From positions 1-49,102 of the forward strand of contig JBFRWI010000192.1 of assembly GCA_051439505.1 (NCBI GenBank): a DNA stretch of 49,102 bases, given 5' to 3'. The translations under genes and the position numbers were made by a program. The notes beneath the pieces are model-generated. The model saw only the letters and a list, made by a program, of their open reading frames with translations, searched no databases and had not been told where the DNA came from. The DNA is from Hormoscilla sp. (lineage in GTDB: Bacteria; Cyanobacteriota; Cyanobacteriia; Cyanobacteriales; Desertifilaceae). Positions 19,337 through 30,426 of this stretch are shown here, in pieces. Within the stretch, counting starts at the first letter, position 1. Each line of letters starts with the position of its first letter.

Positions 19337-19993
19337 CTAACCAAACATGGGAATCTGTTCGGAGATCCTGGCCGTACCCGGATAAATCTTGCGACTGCCC
19401 TTGGGAACTGCTATCCAACCCAAATCTTGCAGGCGATTGACTAAATTGGAGATACTTACCCCCAACTCCGAACGCAGGGCGTAGAGATTAGACCATTTAG
19501 TTAAATCCCTTCCCTGGCATTTTTCCGAGAGGATAGACCTCGGCATTAGCAGACAACTGGCAAAATACTGCGCTTGCCATTCGATCGACTCTACCTTGTC
19601 CAGACCCCTATTGGCACGACAGACAAATTCCCGATCGGAAGACTCCAACTCTTCCGTCTCCACATCTAGAAGAGAGTAGTTGATGTGCAGCATCCAATGT
19701 CCGATTTCATGGGCAATGGTTGATTGTTGAAACCCTGCTGGCAGTTCCAGAATCTCTTCGTTGATTTCAATCAGGCGATCGCGCGGCAGAATCCGGGCCG
19801 CAATTGGACCGGTTGCATCTGCCGGGATTTTGTCCCAAACCACTCCCAGATCCAGAAAATCTGCCACCCGATCGGCTTCAAAGGGCCAACTTGGCTGCCA
19901 ATTGGGTGTCAGTTGCATCCGCATGAGCAGGTCATTGGCCCGACGCTGGATTTCTGCCTTCGGGTAGAAGCGATACGGCTTGATCGGAGACAA
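19337..19993 (-). CDS. ImmA/IrrE family metallo-endopeptidase
   Basis: TIAHEIGHWMLH (HExxH), EWQAQYFASCLLMP, LGVS...RL. GGAGG precedes a TTG start at 19993. Confidence 0.9.
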   Translation of the reverse strand: MSPIKPYRFYPKAEIQRRANDLLMRMQLTPNWQPSWPFEADRVADFLDLGVVWDKIPADATGPIAARILPRDRLIEINEEILELPAGFQQSTIAHEIGHWMLHINYSLLDVETEELESSDREFVCRANRGLDKVESIEWQAQYFASCLLMPRSILSEKCQGRDLTKWSNLYALRSELGVSISNLVNRLQDLGWIAVPKGSRKIYPGTARISEQIPMFG

Positions 19994-20336
19994 CGTTATC
20001 TTCCTCCATGGCAGCTTGAAATACCTTTTGTGCAAACTCTGGATTTTCCCGCAGACGCCGCAGCAGTACCGGCATCTGGTCGTAGTTATTTTTCAGGACC
20101 TCCTCGTACAGTTGCGGGATCCTGCCGGCCAGACATATTAACCGTTCCGCATCTAAATCCAGGTGACGCGCCAGGGACTTGATCGCCTCCTCTTTGGGGG
20201 GATAGTCGGCGCGGTCATTTTCCAGTTTAGACAAATATGTGAAATCCAGCTTCACCAGGGCCGCCAGACTCCGCTGAGAGTGGCCCTTGTCCTTGCGAGC
20301 TTGTCGGATTACCCTACCAAAAGTCTGATTTTGCAT
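19932..20336 (-). CDS. XRE-family helix-turn-helix transcriptional regulator
   Basis: TFGRVIRQARKDKGHSQRSLAALVKLDFTYLSKLEND. Confidence 0.9.
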   Translation of the reverse strand: MQNQTFGRVIRQARKDKGHSQRSLAALVKLDFTYLSKLENDRADYPPKEEAIKSLARHLDLDAERLICLAGRIPQLYEEVLKNNYDQMPVLLRRLRENPEFAQKVFQAAMEEDNVVSDQAVSLLPEGRNPASGQ

Positions 20337-20371
20337 CTGTTTTCTCCACTACATAGACATTTTAGATCCAG

Positions 20372-20450
20372 CTTGAACAAAACATCAATCCCTATGTTGA
20401 CATTTTAGTCAACTTTACGTTAGCATAAATATGTTGACTAAAACATCAAG
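20372..20450. promoter_or_regulatory. Three 18-bp operator-like palindromes (TTGA-N8-TCAA) in the divergent intergenic region
   Basis: CTTGAACAAAACATCAAT (20372-20389), GTTGACATTTTAGTCAAC (20396-20413), GTTGACTAAAACATCAAG (20433-20450). Confidence 0.7.
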
Positions 20451-20505
20451 CCTTTAACCGGTGAGATAGCCAGTGAGAGGCAATAGGGGATAAGGAGAAG
20501 CAACA

Positions 20506-20802
20506 ATGGCACAAACATGGACAGATACTACCTACAAACTGGATGGGACAGAGATGACCATCCTGACGACCCATGAGGGGTTGAATCAAGTTTCCTTGTA
20601 CATTCCCGGTTACTCTCTAGACGGTCGGGGCTTTTCGGTCTACTTCAGTCAAGATCATATTGAATTACTAGAAGATCTATTGAGTAAGTTGAAGCAGCTA
20701 GGTGGGCTATCGGTTGGCGTCAATGCTTGTGCTGGTCTGACTAGAGGGCCCCAGAAATCAGCATTACCAGCACCGGTAAGGCAGAAGGTTCCGGTTGCGT
20801 AG
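20506..20802 (+). CDS. Hypothetical protein divergent from the XRE gene
   Basis: AAGGAG RBS upstream; 98 aa; beta-strand-like N-half plus one amphipathic helix; family not recognised. Confidence 0.65.
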   Translation: MAQTWTDTTYKLDGTEMTILTTHEGLNQVSLYIPGYSLDGRGFSVYFSQDHIELLEDLLSKLKQLGGLSVGVNACAGLTRGPQKSALPAPVRQKVPVA

Positions 20803-20848
20803 GGTTTGTCCTGCCCTGTCCCAATACTTCAAGGTTTTGGATATAGGT

Positions 20849-21059
20849 TGTCATTGCGAGGGGGGGTAGGACGCGATTAACTTATGCTTGATGACTTACC
20901 CCCCCCCCGTTAGCGCAGCGGCGCGACGCAGGAGCGCTAGCAATCCCCCCGTCCTGTATGATATGAAGAGTGCTTCGGTGTAGTTGGTGAGATTGCTTCG
21001 GGGGGATCCTGGTAGAGAGCTGTAAATTATCGGTTTGGGTTTCCCCCCTCGCAATGACA
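20849..21059. repeat. Inverted pair of family B repeats (TGTCATTGCGAG...CTCGCAATGACA)
   Basis: Perfect terminal inverted repeat TGTCATTGCGAGGGGGG; left arm is close to the reverse complement of 42658-42754. Confidence 0.8.
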
Positions 21060-21124
21060 AGTTATTAACCGAGAAGTATTGCGAGTAGCCCAGAAACCCG
21101 GTTTTGTAGAAAAAACCGGGTTTC

Positions 21125-23032
21125 TTAATTACAGAAGCGATAGAATTGATAGCCATCCATAAAGGGAAGGTCGTCCGAAACATGATGAATGATGGCCCGA
21201 TCGCACAGCAGTTGTCCCAAGGCGATCGCCTCATCTTTATGACAATTTTGAGTTCGCATCAACCAGTCTACAGCTTCCGCCCCGATAAAGCAGGCGGGAT
21301 ACAAATTATTGCGATACCACCGGTCTTTTATTTCCACTCCTTCCGCACCTTGCATTTGACTGATAATATCATCTAGGTTAACAGATTGACAGAATTTGCT
21401 GTTTTCGGAAGACTTTGAGGAGACTGCCGTATTTTGAGATGCTGGTTGCTTTAATGTTTTGAGGAACTCATCGATGTTAGTCGATCGCAAATGCAAGTCT
21501 CGTTGGGGGAAAGGAATTTGGATCCGATGATGTCGCAGAGTCTGTTCGATGCGATAGTAAAGGTCGCTTCTGAGGGGAGATTGTTTTTCCGGTTCCCGCG
21601 TCCAAATCAGGAGATCGAAATTGAGGGAACTGTCTCCAAAATCTTTAAACCAAACTTGGGGGACTGGATTTACCAAAACATCCGGATGACTTTTAGCCAC
21701 ATCTAGCAGCACGGAGCGGACTTTATTGGGGTCTGAACTATAGGATACACCCACGGGGACATGCAGGCGACAGATGGGACTGTCATGAGTCCAATTGATC
21801 ACCTCGCTTTCCAGAAAACGAGAGTTAGGCACGATAATCTTGACTTTATCTAGAGTAGCAATCTTGGTACTGCGAGCGCCGATATGTTCCACCACACCCA
21901 TCAGAGAACCCACCTCGACAAAATCACCCACCTGAATTTGGCGCTCGAAGGTGATAATCAAACCGCTGATCAGGTTATTCGCAATATTTTGCAGACCAAA
22001 ACCAATCCCCACGCCGAGAACGCTGGCCACAATAGTCAGGGAACTAACATCCAGACCCCAGATTTGCAGAACGATAATCAGACCCAGCAAGCTGAGGGTA
22101 TATTGGGTTAATACCGCTACGACATCTTGCACGTTCCGATTAATACTGGTTCTGGATAAAAGCCGGGATTTCAGCAGCTTAGTCAGAGTTCGGACCAGAA
22201 ACCAAAGTCCGATACTTAAGGTCAAGAGCACCAAAATATCCAGAACTGTATAGTCTGTTTGGTTGGAAGTAAAAATGGGCTCGGTGATGCTGTCTCGCAA
22301 GAGATTAAACAGCCAGTAGCGCCAGCGCCGCAAGACTGGAAAGAGATCGGTGATATAATGGATTACAGCCGTCCAAATCCCGCATAACAGCCCTATACGT
22401 GCCAAGCGCACAAACCGTTGCACAAGTTTATGACCATCCTCCAAAAACATTTGGTTTCGGTCTAAAGAGCGCTTTATTTGTCGATCTAACAGCCAGTTAA
22501 ACCACCGCAAAATTAAGTGGACCGCCAGGGTGCCTGCTAGCACCAACATCGAGAACAGCAGGGCTTGGCGGCGATAGCTCCAACTGCGTTCGCTTTTCGC
22601 CACCTTGAGAGCATCGGCGATCTTTTGCCCCCATTTTCTGGCCTGAGCAACTGTCGTTCTTTCTTCCCTCAAGTCCTTTTCGGTAACGGTCAGATCTTCG
22701 CGGTCATTAATGCGGAGAATCGTCTCTTTATTTTTCTCAGAAATACCGTAAAAAGCAGGTTCTTGTCCTCGCTCTAGATGATCGATTAATACCTGTTCCA
22801 ATTTCTGATTAATTATCTCTGCTCTTTCTTCGGCACTGAGGGAGTTTAAGTCGTGGACGTGAAACAAAACTCGCCCGTCCAGTACCACCGGAGCCTTGCG
22901 ATCGAACTCTCCCACAATAGGCGATCGGGCCCAACTTGGTGTTAGAGTTATGAGTAGAGAGAAAAGGCCAGCTAGCACCAGTATGAGCCAGCTGCTGATT
23001 TTTGATTTGCGGGTCAACTTCAAATCAAACAT
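21125..23032 (-). CDS. MscS mechanosensitive channel with C-terminal DEP domain
   Basis: GVGIGFGLQNIANNLISG, IIVPNS, FGDSSLNF, IPFPQRDLH; tail IKDRWY...YPACFIGAEAVDWL...IIHHV...F.DGYQFYRF. Confidence 0.9.
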   Translation of the reverse strand: MFDLKLTRKSKISSWLILVLAGLFSLLITLTPSWARSPIVGEFDRKAPVVLDGRVLFHVHDLNSLSAEERAEIINQKLEQVLIDHLERGQEPAFYGISEKNKETILRINDREDLTVTEKDLREERTTVAQARKWGQKIADALKVAKSERSWSYRRQALLFSMLVLAGTLAVHLILRWFNWLLDRQIKRSLDRNQMFLEDGHKLVQRFVRLARIGLLCGIWTAVIHYITDLFPVLRRWRYWLFNLLRDSITEPIFTSNQTDYTVLDILVLLTLSIGLWFLVRTLTKLLKSRLLSRTSINRNVQDVVAVLTQYTLSLLGLIIVLQIWGLDVSSLTIVASVLGVGIGFGLQNIANNLISGLIITFERQIQVGDFVEVGSLMGVVEHIGARSTKIATLDKVKIIVPNSRFLESEVINWTHDSPICRLHVPVGVSYSSDPNKVRSVLLDVAKSHPDVLVNPVPQVWFKDFGDSSLNFDLLIWTREPEKQSPLRSDLYYRIEQTLRHHRIQIPFPQRDLHLRSTNIDEFLKTLKQPASQNTAVSSKSSENSKFCQSVNLDDIISQMQGAEGVEIKDRWYRNNLYPACFIGAEAVDWLMRTQNCHKDEAIALGQLLCDRAIIHHVSDDLPFMDGYQFYRFCN

Positions 23033-23157
23033 GGCATAACTAAAAAATTCAAAATTCAAAATTCAAAATTCAAAATTCTTGCATTGGGAAACCCGTACAA
23101 GGCTTTCAGAAGCTCGACAGTAGCAATGTAAATGCGCGACAGTTTGAGTGGAGGCAT

Positions 23158-23733
23158 CTAAATTTTTCTGATAGGATGATTTTGGGAAGTAGGCGATGGT
23201 GTTTGAGGTGCTTGGGGTCCATATTTTTCTAAGAGATTGCTCGCCAAGACCCAAGCACCAGCTCCCATCAATAAAACCAGAATCGTTCCCATGGTTACAG
23301 TTACCCAAGGTTGCTGCCAAAATGCCGATACTGACGCGAGGGAACTTGTTGTCAGACTGGTATTGACCTCGGTATCTTCAGGATCGTAATCGCTCATCAG
23401 GGTAATTGTAATCTTGTAAGGCCCCAGTCTGATAGTATCCCGATCGTTGAGGGGCATTCTTGTCTGATACAGTTGCTGTTTTTGCACGAAGGTGCCGTTA
23501 GCGCTGCGGTCTGCGATCGACAACTGCTGATGGTCGCAGGTAATCAGTGCGTGGAACCGGGAGACTTTTTTGCTATTGAGCACAACTCTTTGTACGGTTT
23601 TGTCTCCCAAAGAAGCTGGCATTTCGTTTAATTCCCGACCGAAGGCGATCGGCACCTCTAAGACTGGTTCCTGTAACTCTCCGGTAATCGGGTCTTTCCA
23701 ACTAAGTTTAATCTGAACTGGGTCGGCGAGCAT
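23158..23733 (-). CDS. FHA domain protein with C-terminal TM helix
   Basis: FGR, VSRFHA, SANGTFV and LGPY motifs. Confidence 0.88.
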   Translation of the reverse strand: MLADPVQIKLSWKDPITGELQEPVLEVPIAFGRELNEMPASLGDKTVQRVVLNSKKVSRFHALITCDHQQLSIADRSANGTFVQKQQLYQTRMPLNDRDTIRLGPYKITITLMSDYDPEDTEVNTSLTTSSLASVSAFWQQPWVTVTMGTILVLLMGAGAWVLASNLLEKYGPQAPQTPSPTSQNHPIRKI

Positions 23734-23945
23734 GATAAAACTTCCTCAACAACTGGGTACTTTTACAGGTTATAACTGATGGTCGCTCATGTCCGCCTAC
23801 CGGACAACAGACTCTCTATATTTACTGGCATTGTACAATCACTTCGCTGTCAGCTAGTGGTGCCTTTCCTTGCCGTGCAAGAGTAGATGGACTATAATCT
23901 ATATGCTAGTATACTCCCGTAGCCTGTAGATATGCGATCGCACCA

Positions 23946-26681
23946 TCAGGCACCATCCTGAGCTTTTTGAATTAAAGCCAGGATTTTATCATATTCAAAC
24001 TGATATGCCAGCTCGGACAGCCTCTGGGCGCAAGCGGCATTGTGAGTAGCCATCAGGGCGATCGCCTTGTCGATCGCCTCCAGATCGCTGGTGAAAATAG
24101 CATTTTCTACCTGGGCGAGCAGCGACCGTGGCAACTGTAAAAGGTCGGATGGGGTAACTGCCTCAGTCGGAGTTTTAGCAGCAGGGGCAGCAGGTTCGGA
24201 ATAAACATAGCGCACTCCCATATGCTGGCTCATTTTCTCAAATATTTCTGTTTCTCGGAATGGTTTGCGGACAAAATCATCGCAACCCGCATCCAGGACG
24301 ATCGCCCGTTCTTCCTCCATGATGCTGGCAGTGAGGGCGATAATAGCCGTGGCTTGACCTTTGACAGTAGCTTTGATATGTTTGGTGGCCTCGTACCCGT
24401 TCATCACTGGCATCCGCATATCCATCCAAATGAGATGGGGCTCGAATGAGTTCCACATTTCTATGGCTTCTTGTCCGTTGCTCGCTTCTTGCAGTTTAAA
24501 GCCGAGGGGACTCAGCAGTTTGAGTAACAGTTTACGATTGGTCAATTTATCATCTACAATCAGAATGCGATAGGTCGGTTGGTCGGGCTCTAAAGCAATG
24601 ATTTGGCGTGTTGGTTCTGTAGCAGGAATGTCACTAGCATCAACTACAGTAACTTCAATATCAAACTTAAAGATGCTGCCCCGTCCCACCTCACTGCTAA
24701 CCCTCAGAGAACCTCCCATCAGTTCGACAAACTTGCGGGTTATGGGTAAACCCAAGCCCGTCCCTTCCTGAGATTGTTTGCCTGTGGCGCTTTGCACGAA
24801 GGCTTCAAAGATGCTGTCGATCTCCTCTGGGGCAATGCCAGGACCGGTATCTTCTACTTCAAAATCAAGTCGCGAGTTGTCACTAGCCTTTACCTGTACT
24901 CGCAGGGACACGCCCCCCTCTTCGGTAAACTTGAGGGCATTATTCAGCAGGTTAATCAACACTTGACGTAACTTTCCCTGGTCCCCACGCAGGTATTGAG
25001 GCAGCTGGGGGTCTAGTTCAAAAAGTAACTGCAAATGCTTATCGTCCGCCTGCAACTGGAACATATCTTCCAGATCGGACAGCAGACGATAGAAGTCGAA
25101 GTTTTTCGGGTTCAGACTAATACGTCCGGCTTCGATTTTGGACAAGTCCAACACTTTGTTAATCAGGGTCAGGAGATGTTCGCCACTACGGTTAATAATG
25201 CCGAGATTTTCCATCTGTTCGGGGGGAAGGGAACCGCTGCGAGTCATTAGTTGCGAAAAGCCTAAGATGGCATTGAGGGGCGTTCGCAGTTCGTGGCTCA
25301 TGTTGGCTAAAAATTCGCTTTTGGCGTGGTTGGCAGCATCGGCGGCAACTTTTGCTTGTTCCAGTTCGGCGGTGCGTTCTTGGACTCGGGTTTCCAATTC
25401 CTCGAAGGACTCTTGCAACTGGGCTGCCATTTGGTTGAAGGAACTTGCCAGAACTTCTAACTCATCTACCCCGCGCACTTCTATTTTTTGCGATAATTTA
25501 CCGTCGGTAATTTCTTGGCTAGCTGCTGATAGCATCATTATTGGTCGTGCAATCCAGCGAGAAGTAAATATTCCCAGCACTGTCGCTATTACTAAAGCTA
25601 AAATACACAGCCCGATGGTAGTGCGAGTATTGGCGTTGATTTGGGCCATGAAATCCGCTTCGGGAATGACCACGACAATTAGCCAATCCAAACCCCGACC
25701 ATCCTGGAAGGGGCTTACTTGCAGAAATATGTTTTGTTTCCCAGTCTCAAAACTGAGTTGGCTGCTTTGCCCAATGCGATCGAACTTACCAAATTCTGTT
25801 TGTAAATATCTTGCTGTTGCTTGAATTAAGCGATCGTCTATCTCAGTGGCGAGCAAACGTTCTGGTTTATTGTCTCCCGGTCGAAAATGTTTTTTATCGG
25901 AAGAACTGGCAATTAAATATCCCGATCGCTCGATAATAAAAGTTTTGCCCGTGCCCACCTTGAGAGTCTGTAGAAAATCCCTCATCTGAGCTAGGGTGAT
26001 ATCTACTGCCAAAACTCCTTGAAACCTGTTATCTCGATCGTAGTAAGGTTCCCCCAAAGTAATTGCTAAAGTAGGGGAACTGGCCCAGGAATATACGTCA
26101 GTCCATTTCATGGTCTTTGCCCGGGCCGGGCCAGTATACCAGGGACGAATCCGAGGGTCATAATTGGGCGATCCTTTCAACAACTCCCCTCGCTGGCCCT
26201 CAGCATCGATCGCGTATCTTCGCAGATTTCCGGTGAATTCAGTTACCTGATAAGTGAGAGTCCCGTCGTCATTAACTGCCAACCCCACAAATTCTCCCCC
26301 TTGACTGCCAAATGAAATATAGCTCACCAAATCAAATACCTGAGATTGGTGCCAAAAGTGACGTTCCATGGTAGTCAAGTCTTGTAAATTTAACTGACCC
26401 TGTGCGATCATATTGGCATTAATTTTGTTGATCGTTTCCGGTGTACTTAAATAGACATGCAAGCGTTCCTTGATGCGAGCAGTAATTTCGTCGCGCAGCT
26501 GAGCGGCAACATCGTTAACTGCTTTTTGTCCGTTCCGCAATGATAGCCACCCCGTCAGTCCTACCGCAGCAAATATTTGCAACACAAAGGGGACGATCAG
26601 AATGAGTCGCAGAGAAAGTTTTCTGGATTGGCAGTCAGGGTTTTTAGTAATATTTTGGTTCGGCATGATCTCTCCAGTCAT
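23946..26681 (-). CDS. Hybrid sensor histidine kinase (Cache-HAMP-HisKA-HATPase-REC)
   Basis: [59 protein letters not shown]. Confidence 0.95.
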   Translation of the reverse strand: MTGEIMPNQNITKNPDCQSRKLSLRLILIVPFVLQIFAAVGLTGWLSLRNGQKAVNDVAAQLRDEITARIKERLHVYLSTPETINKINANMIAQGQLNLQDLTTMERHFWHQSQVFDLVSYISFGSQGGEFVGLAVNDDGTLTYQVTEFTGNLRRYAIDAEGQRGELLKGSPNYDPRIRPWYTGPARAKTMKWTDVYSWASSPTLAITLGEPYYDRDNRFQGVLAVDITLAQMRDFLQTLKVGTGKTFIIERSGYLIASSSDKKHFRPGDNKPERLLATEIDDRLIQATARYLQTEFGKFDRIGQSSQLSFETGKQNIFLQVSPFQDGRGLDWLIVVVIPEADFMAQINANTRTTIGLCILALVIATVLGIFTSRWIARPIMMLSAASQEITDGKLSQKIEVRGVDELEVLASSFNQMAAQLQESFEELETRVQERTAELEQAKVAADAANHAKSEFLANMSHELRTPLNAILGFSQLMTRSGSLPPEQMENLGIINRSGEHLLTLINKVLDLSKIEAGRISLNPKNFDFYRLLSDLEDMFQLQADDKHLQLLFELDPQLPQYLRGDQGKLRQVLINLLNNALKFTEEGGVSLRVQVKASDNSRLDFEVEDTGPGIAPEEIDSIFEAFVQSATGKQSQEGTGLGLPITRKFVELMGGSLRVSSEVGRGSIFKFDIEVTVVDASDIPATEPTRQIIALEPDQPTYRILIVDDKLTNRKLLLKLLSPLGFKLQEASNGQEAIEMWNSFEPHLIWMDMRMPVMNGYEATKHIKATVKGQATAIIALTASIMEEERAIVLDAGCDDFVRKPFRETEIFEKMSQHMGVRYVYSEPAAPAAKTPTEAVTPSDLLQLPRSLLAQVENAIFTSDLEAIDKAIALMATHNAACAQRLSELAYQFEYDKILALIQKAQDGA

Positions 26682-26706
26682 GTAGCAATATTTGTGATGG
26701 GATTAT

Positions 26707-28362
26707 TTATTGACTGAAAGCCCGCCAAGCAGCTAATGCCTCGGCATCAGACTCGGTACCTTTTTGCAGTAAAATTACCCCATCAGCAAAGTCGATCGCC
26801 CCATATCTATTACTGGCCAGCAGGTCCGATATCAACTGCGTTGCCTGCTGCAATTGTAGGCGATCGCGCTTAAAAGCCACCTGATATTCCTTTAGCTGCC
26901 AGAGATCTGCCAGGCAATAATCCACATCAACAACTTGACGGTCATCATTGCGCAAGCGAAACTGGGCCGGAAAGCGAACAATTTCCCTCCGACCGGAAAG
27001 ATGAGGGACAAGATAAGTAGTAGCAGCCACGCTAGCATCAGCAGGAATTTCTGCCAGCATGGGGCGCATATAACCCACATGTTCCCACTGGCGGGTTAAA
27101 CTAACATAGACCCAAGGTTGGAAAGAATCGGGAATCAAGAAATAGAAAGTACGATTGGGATTAGAAGTGAGAGTAAACAGCAGGGACAGGACAATACAAA
27201 CTGTCCAAAACCTGCGTACAGAACGGGAAACAGCTTTAGGCTTTCTCAACTCTTCATCATTTTTCCGGTGGCCGTTAAACCACCAGAGGCGAAAATCACT
27301 TTTACCCGCCCACCAGAGGATAGCCCCATAAAACAGTCCCGGCACGGGAGTTAAAGCATAGCGAATATTAATAGCCAACACCGACTCTCCCTGACCTGAA
27401 AACAATTTCAGTAGGGGAAAGCCAGCGATACACCAGGAAGCGGGAGAAAATGCGGGGACAAAAGCCAAAGGCAACCATTGCCCCAACAAATATTTTATTG
27501 TCTTAAAAAAGGGCGTCAATAATTCCTGCACCAAGCGCAGGGGGTTAGAGATCATCCCCCAAATAATATCCAGAGTCGAAGCTTCCGCCCCCGTCGCATA
27601 TTGACCGAAGCGTTCCATCATGAAGCGACGGGAAATATCTGCCGAAAACAGGGGCATAATCAGATTAGTCAGCATCAGTATATAGGCAAAACTGAGGGTA
27701 CAGACTGCCAAACCAACCCGGGGATATCTGCCACTGACAACCAGGTAGAAACCGACGCCAAACAGCACAATTCCCGAATCTTCCCGAATGGCCAACACGA
27801 AAACCGCCAGCAGCCAGAACAGCCACCACCAGCGTTTTTCCATTGCCAGCAGCAGTCCGAAGGCAAACAGGGGCAACTGACAATTATCGTGGAAATTCCC
27901 CAAAGTCGGACCCAGCACCGCATTGGCAGCGTAATAGGCCAGAGTAATCATTCCCGCCTTCCCTGGTGGCAAATGCTGTCTGGCCAAGGCGTACAAAACC
28001 AGTCCCGCCAACCCCAGCAGGGTCACCTGCAATACCGTTAAAGTCGCTGGGGAAGGAAACAGGGCATATATCGGCAGCCACAGCAGCAGGGCCGGAGTAA
28101 AATGTTGGCCCAACCGGTGGTAAGATACGTCCGGCACATCCCCAGCATGGACGACATTGGTAGAAAGACTCGAAGACAGGGAACTCTCGAAGAAGTTGCC
28201 ATGGATCCCATTCCAGAAGACCTGGTTAAAAATCCCCTGATCGAAGCTGGCGTAAAAGCTGTAGTATCTGTGCAGCGTGCAGACGAGGGCGAAACTCCAA
28301 AAAATACAAAGAGAGGCGATCGCCACCTTGTGTCCCGGTTTTTGCAGCCAATTGAGCACCAT
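26707..28362 (-). CDS. DUF2079 family membrane protein
   Basis: FDQGIFNQVFWN, LGQHFTP, NFHD, IRED motifs; multiple TM segments. Confidence 0.85.
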   Translation of the reverse strand: MVLNWLQKPGHKVAIASLCIFWSFALVCTLHRYYSFYASFDQGIFNQVFWNGIHGNFFESSLSSSLSTNVVHAGDVPDVSYHRLGQHFTPALLLWLPIYALFPSPATLTVLQVTLLGLAGLVLYALARQHLPPGKAGMITLAYYAANAVLGPTLGNFHDNCQLPLFAFGLLLAMEKRWWWLFWLLAVFVLAIREDSGIVLFGVGFYLVVSGRYPRVGLAVCTLSFAYILMLTNLIMPLFSADISRRFMMERFGQYATGAEASTLDIIWGMISNPLRLVQELLTPFFKTIKYLLGQWLPLAFVPAFSPASWCIAGFPLLKLFSGQGESVLAINIRYALTPVPGLFYGAILWWAGKSDFRLWWFNGHRKNDEELRKPKAVSRSVRRFWTVCIVLSLLFTLTSNPNRTFYFLIPDSFQPWVYVSLTRQWEHVGYMRPMLAEIPADASVAATTYLVPHLSGRREIVRFPAQFRLRNDDRQVVDVDYCLADLWQLKEYQVAFKRDRLQLQQATQLISDLLASNRYGAIDFADGVILLQKGTESDAEALAAWRAFSQ

Positions 28363-28552
28363 TACTTCCCTGAGATATTTTCACTATCTTAGATTACCGC
28401 CCACCGATAGCGAGCGTGGCCACCCAGTCGAGGGAAGGGGCGATCGCCAATATTTGCTAAATTATTAATAAAATCTAAAATTATTATAGAACAGTACCGG
28501 GAAGTGACCGGCTACCGACCAACCAGACAACCAGATCGACAACTGGTGCGCG

Positions 28553-28581
28553 GTAACTGATAACTGATAACTGGTAACTGA
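28553..28581. repeat. Heptamer tandem repeats (STRR-like)
   Basis: TAACTG(A/G) x4. Similar heptamer runs at about 6955-6985, 23045-23078, 40057-40086 and 42494-42527. Confidence 0.75.
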
Positions 28582-28591
28582 AAATAGCTAA

Positions 28592-29767
28592 ATGCAGGCA
28601 TCTCCTGAAAAACTTATCGACTCCGAAGCGCCTTTACAGCTGCTACTTTTTGTGGACAAACGTCCAATTTCCGGGGAGCAGATCAGGCAAATACGTCGCC
28701 ATCTAAAAGAATTGCATGGTGACTGCGACTATGAATTGATGGTAGTGGATGTCGGGGAACAGCCTTACTTGGCCGAACATTTCAAACTGGTAGTGACTCC
28801 GACCCTGATCAAAATCCATCCCGAACCCAGACAGACCTTGACAGGAACTAATATAGCAGATCAGTTAGCGAAATGTTTGCCCCGCTGGCGACGCGACGCC
28901 GAAGCATATCTCGCTGACCAAAAGGCCGTTGGTAATGGTGCGAAAACCAGTAAAACCCTAACTGCCATCAGTACCATTACCATGGAAGCAGAACTGATGC
29001 AGCTATCTGACGAAATTTTTCGCCTCCAGCAAGAAAAAGAACAACTCCAGGAGCAATTACAGTTTAAGGACCGGCTGGTAGCCATGTTAGCTCACGATCT
29101 GCGCAATCCCTTAACAGCTGCCTCCCTGGCCATCGAAACTTTAGAATTGGGTCAATCAGATAGGGACAGTTGCACTTCTCGCTTCACCCCGGCCCTCACC
29201 AGTCAGTTACTCAAACATGCTCGCACTCAGATCCAAGCGATGGACCGGATAATTACCAATATCCTGCAAGCGGCGAAAGGGAGTAGCAGTAAGCTGAACA
29301 TCCAACCCCAAAAGATGGATTTAGGTATACTCTGTCAGGAGGCGATCGGCCAGTTGCAAAAACAGTTTCAGGCCAAATCTCAGGAACTGGAAACGGATAT
29401 CCCCCAGGATCTGCCACCGGTGTATGCCGATCTCGAACAGGTCCGCCAGGTGCTAGTCAATCTTTTGGACAATGCTATCAAGTACACTCCCACCGGCGGC
29501 ACCATTGCGGTTTCCATTCTCCATCGCACCACTCAGAAAGTGCAGGTGAGTATTAGCGACACTGGTCCTGGGGTGCCGGCGGAAAATCGAGAGCGCATCT
29601 TTGAGGACCGGTTCCGACTAGAACGGGATGAAGCCCAGGAGGGATATGGCATTGGTCTGTCTCTGTGTAAGCGGATTATCCGGGCCCATTATGGCGAAAT
29701 TTGGGTGGATGGGGCCGATCATACCGGTAGCAGCTTTAACTTTACCCTGCCGGTCTACCGCTCCTAA
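28592..29767 (+). CDS. sasA: Adaptive-response sensory histidine kinase SasA
   Basis: N-terminal KaiB-like domain ([34 protein letters not shown]); [20 protein letters not shown]. Confidence 0.93.
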   Translation: MQASPEKLIDSEAPLQLLLFVDKRPISGEQIRQIRRHLKELHGDCDYELMVVDVGEQPYLAEHFKLVVTPTLIKIHPEPRQTLTGTNIADQLAKCLPRWRRDAEAYLADQKAVGNGAKTSKTLTAISTITMEAELMQLSDEIFRLQQEKEQLQEQLQFKDRLVAMLAHDLRNPLTAASLAIETLELGQSDRDSCTSRFTPALTSQLLKHARTQIQAMDRIITNILQAAKGSSSKLNIQPQKMDLGILCQEAIGQLQKQFQAKSQELETDIPQDLPPVYADLEQVRQVLVNLLDNAIKYTPTGGTIAVSILHRTTQKVQVSISDTGPGVPAENRERIFEDRFRLERDEAQEGYGIGLSLCKRIIRAHYGEIWVDGADHTGSSFNFTLPVYRS

Positions 29768-29819
29768 ACCCCTTTTCCTACTTCTCCAAAAATTTTTTTG
29801 GGAAATTTAGCAAAAAGGG

Positions 29820-29849
29820 TTGACAATCTCATATCGGGTTAGCTATATT
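29820..29849 (+). promoter_or_regulatory. tRNA-Glu promoter
   Basis: TTGACA (29820-29825), 18-nt spacer, TATATT (29844-29849). Confidence 0.65.
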
Positions 29850-29869
29850 ATTTAAGGAAGGTAAATCAA

Positions 29870-29942
29870 GCCCCCATCGTCTAGAGGCCTAGGACACCTC
29901 CCTTTCACGGAGGCGACAGGGATTCGAATTCCCTTGGGGGTA
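29870..29942 (+). tRNA. trnE: tRNA-Glu (anticodon TTC)
   Basis: GCCCCCATCGTCTAGAGGCCTAGGACACCTCCC-TTTCAC-GGAGGCGACAGGGATTCGAATTCCCTTGGGGGTA cloverleaf; CCA not encoded. Confidence 0.97.
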
Positions 29943-29946
29943 TCGG

Positions 29947-29970
29947 TAGGGTGGGCATTGCCCACCTTTT
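29947..29970 (+). terminator. REP-type hairpin followed by a T-run after the tRNA
   Basis: GGTGGGCATTGCCCACCTTTT; related copy at about 47686-47708. Confidence 0.6.
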
Positions 29971-30030
29971 CCATTTTTAAACCCAGCCAGTACCGGATCT
30001 GCTTTGTGCATGCGCCGGTCTATATCGAAT

Positions 30031-30345
30031 TTCTGGCGATCGGGGTCTCCCCGGTCACCACCGGTTGAGGCGGGAGCCTCGGTTGCCAGCGACCAGTGAC
30101 CAGTTTTCTGGTGACCAGGGTCTCCCTGGTCACCACCGGTTGAGGCGGGAGCCGACCTTTCCAGTAACCAGTGACCAGTTTCTCCCTGGTCACCACCGGT
30201 TGAGGCGGGAGCCGACCTTTCCAGTGACCAATTTTCTGGTGACCAGGGTCTCCCTGGTCACCACCGGTTGAGGCGGGAGCCGACCTTTCCAGCGACCAGT
30301 GACCAGGGTCTCCCTGGTCACCACCGGTTGAGGCGGGAGCCTCGG
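30031..30345. repeat. Five-copy tandem repeat (60-75 bp period) with internal palindrome
   Basis: Core TCTCCC(T/C)GGTCACCACCGGTTGAGGCGGGAGCC at 30046, 30121, 30181, 30249 and 30309; palindrome GTGACCAGGG-TCT-CCCTGGTCAC. Confidence 0.9.
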
Positions 30346-30426
30346 TTTTTGAGTCAGACGACCGTTGTTTCTCACATTCCCAGGGAGCCCACCGGAACGA
30401 GGGGAATCGGTGGCCAGAGCGACCAG

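Noticed and set aside
20896..21234. 112-aa ORF, and similar ORFs at 42418-42769, 44756-44947 and 48521-48827
   Set aside because: Derived from palindromic repeats; the same LLRRAAALTGG text appears wherever family B occurs.
30031..30345. Possible CRISPR array
   Set aside because: The inter-repeat segments are variants of each other rather than unique spacers, the period is irregular, and no cas genes are present.
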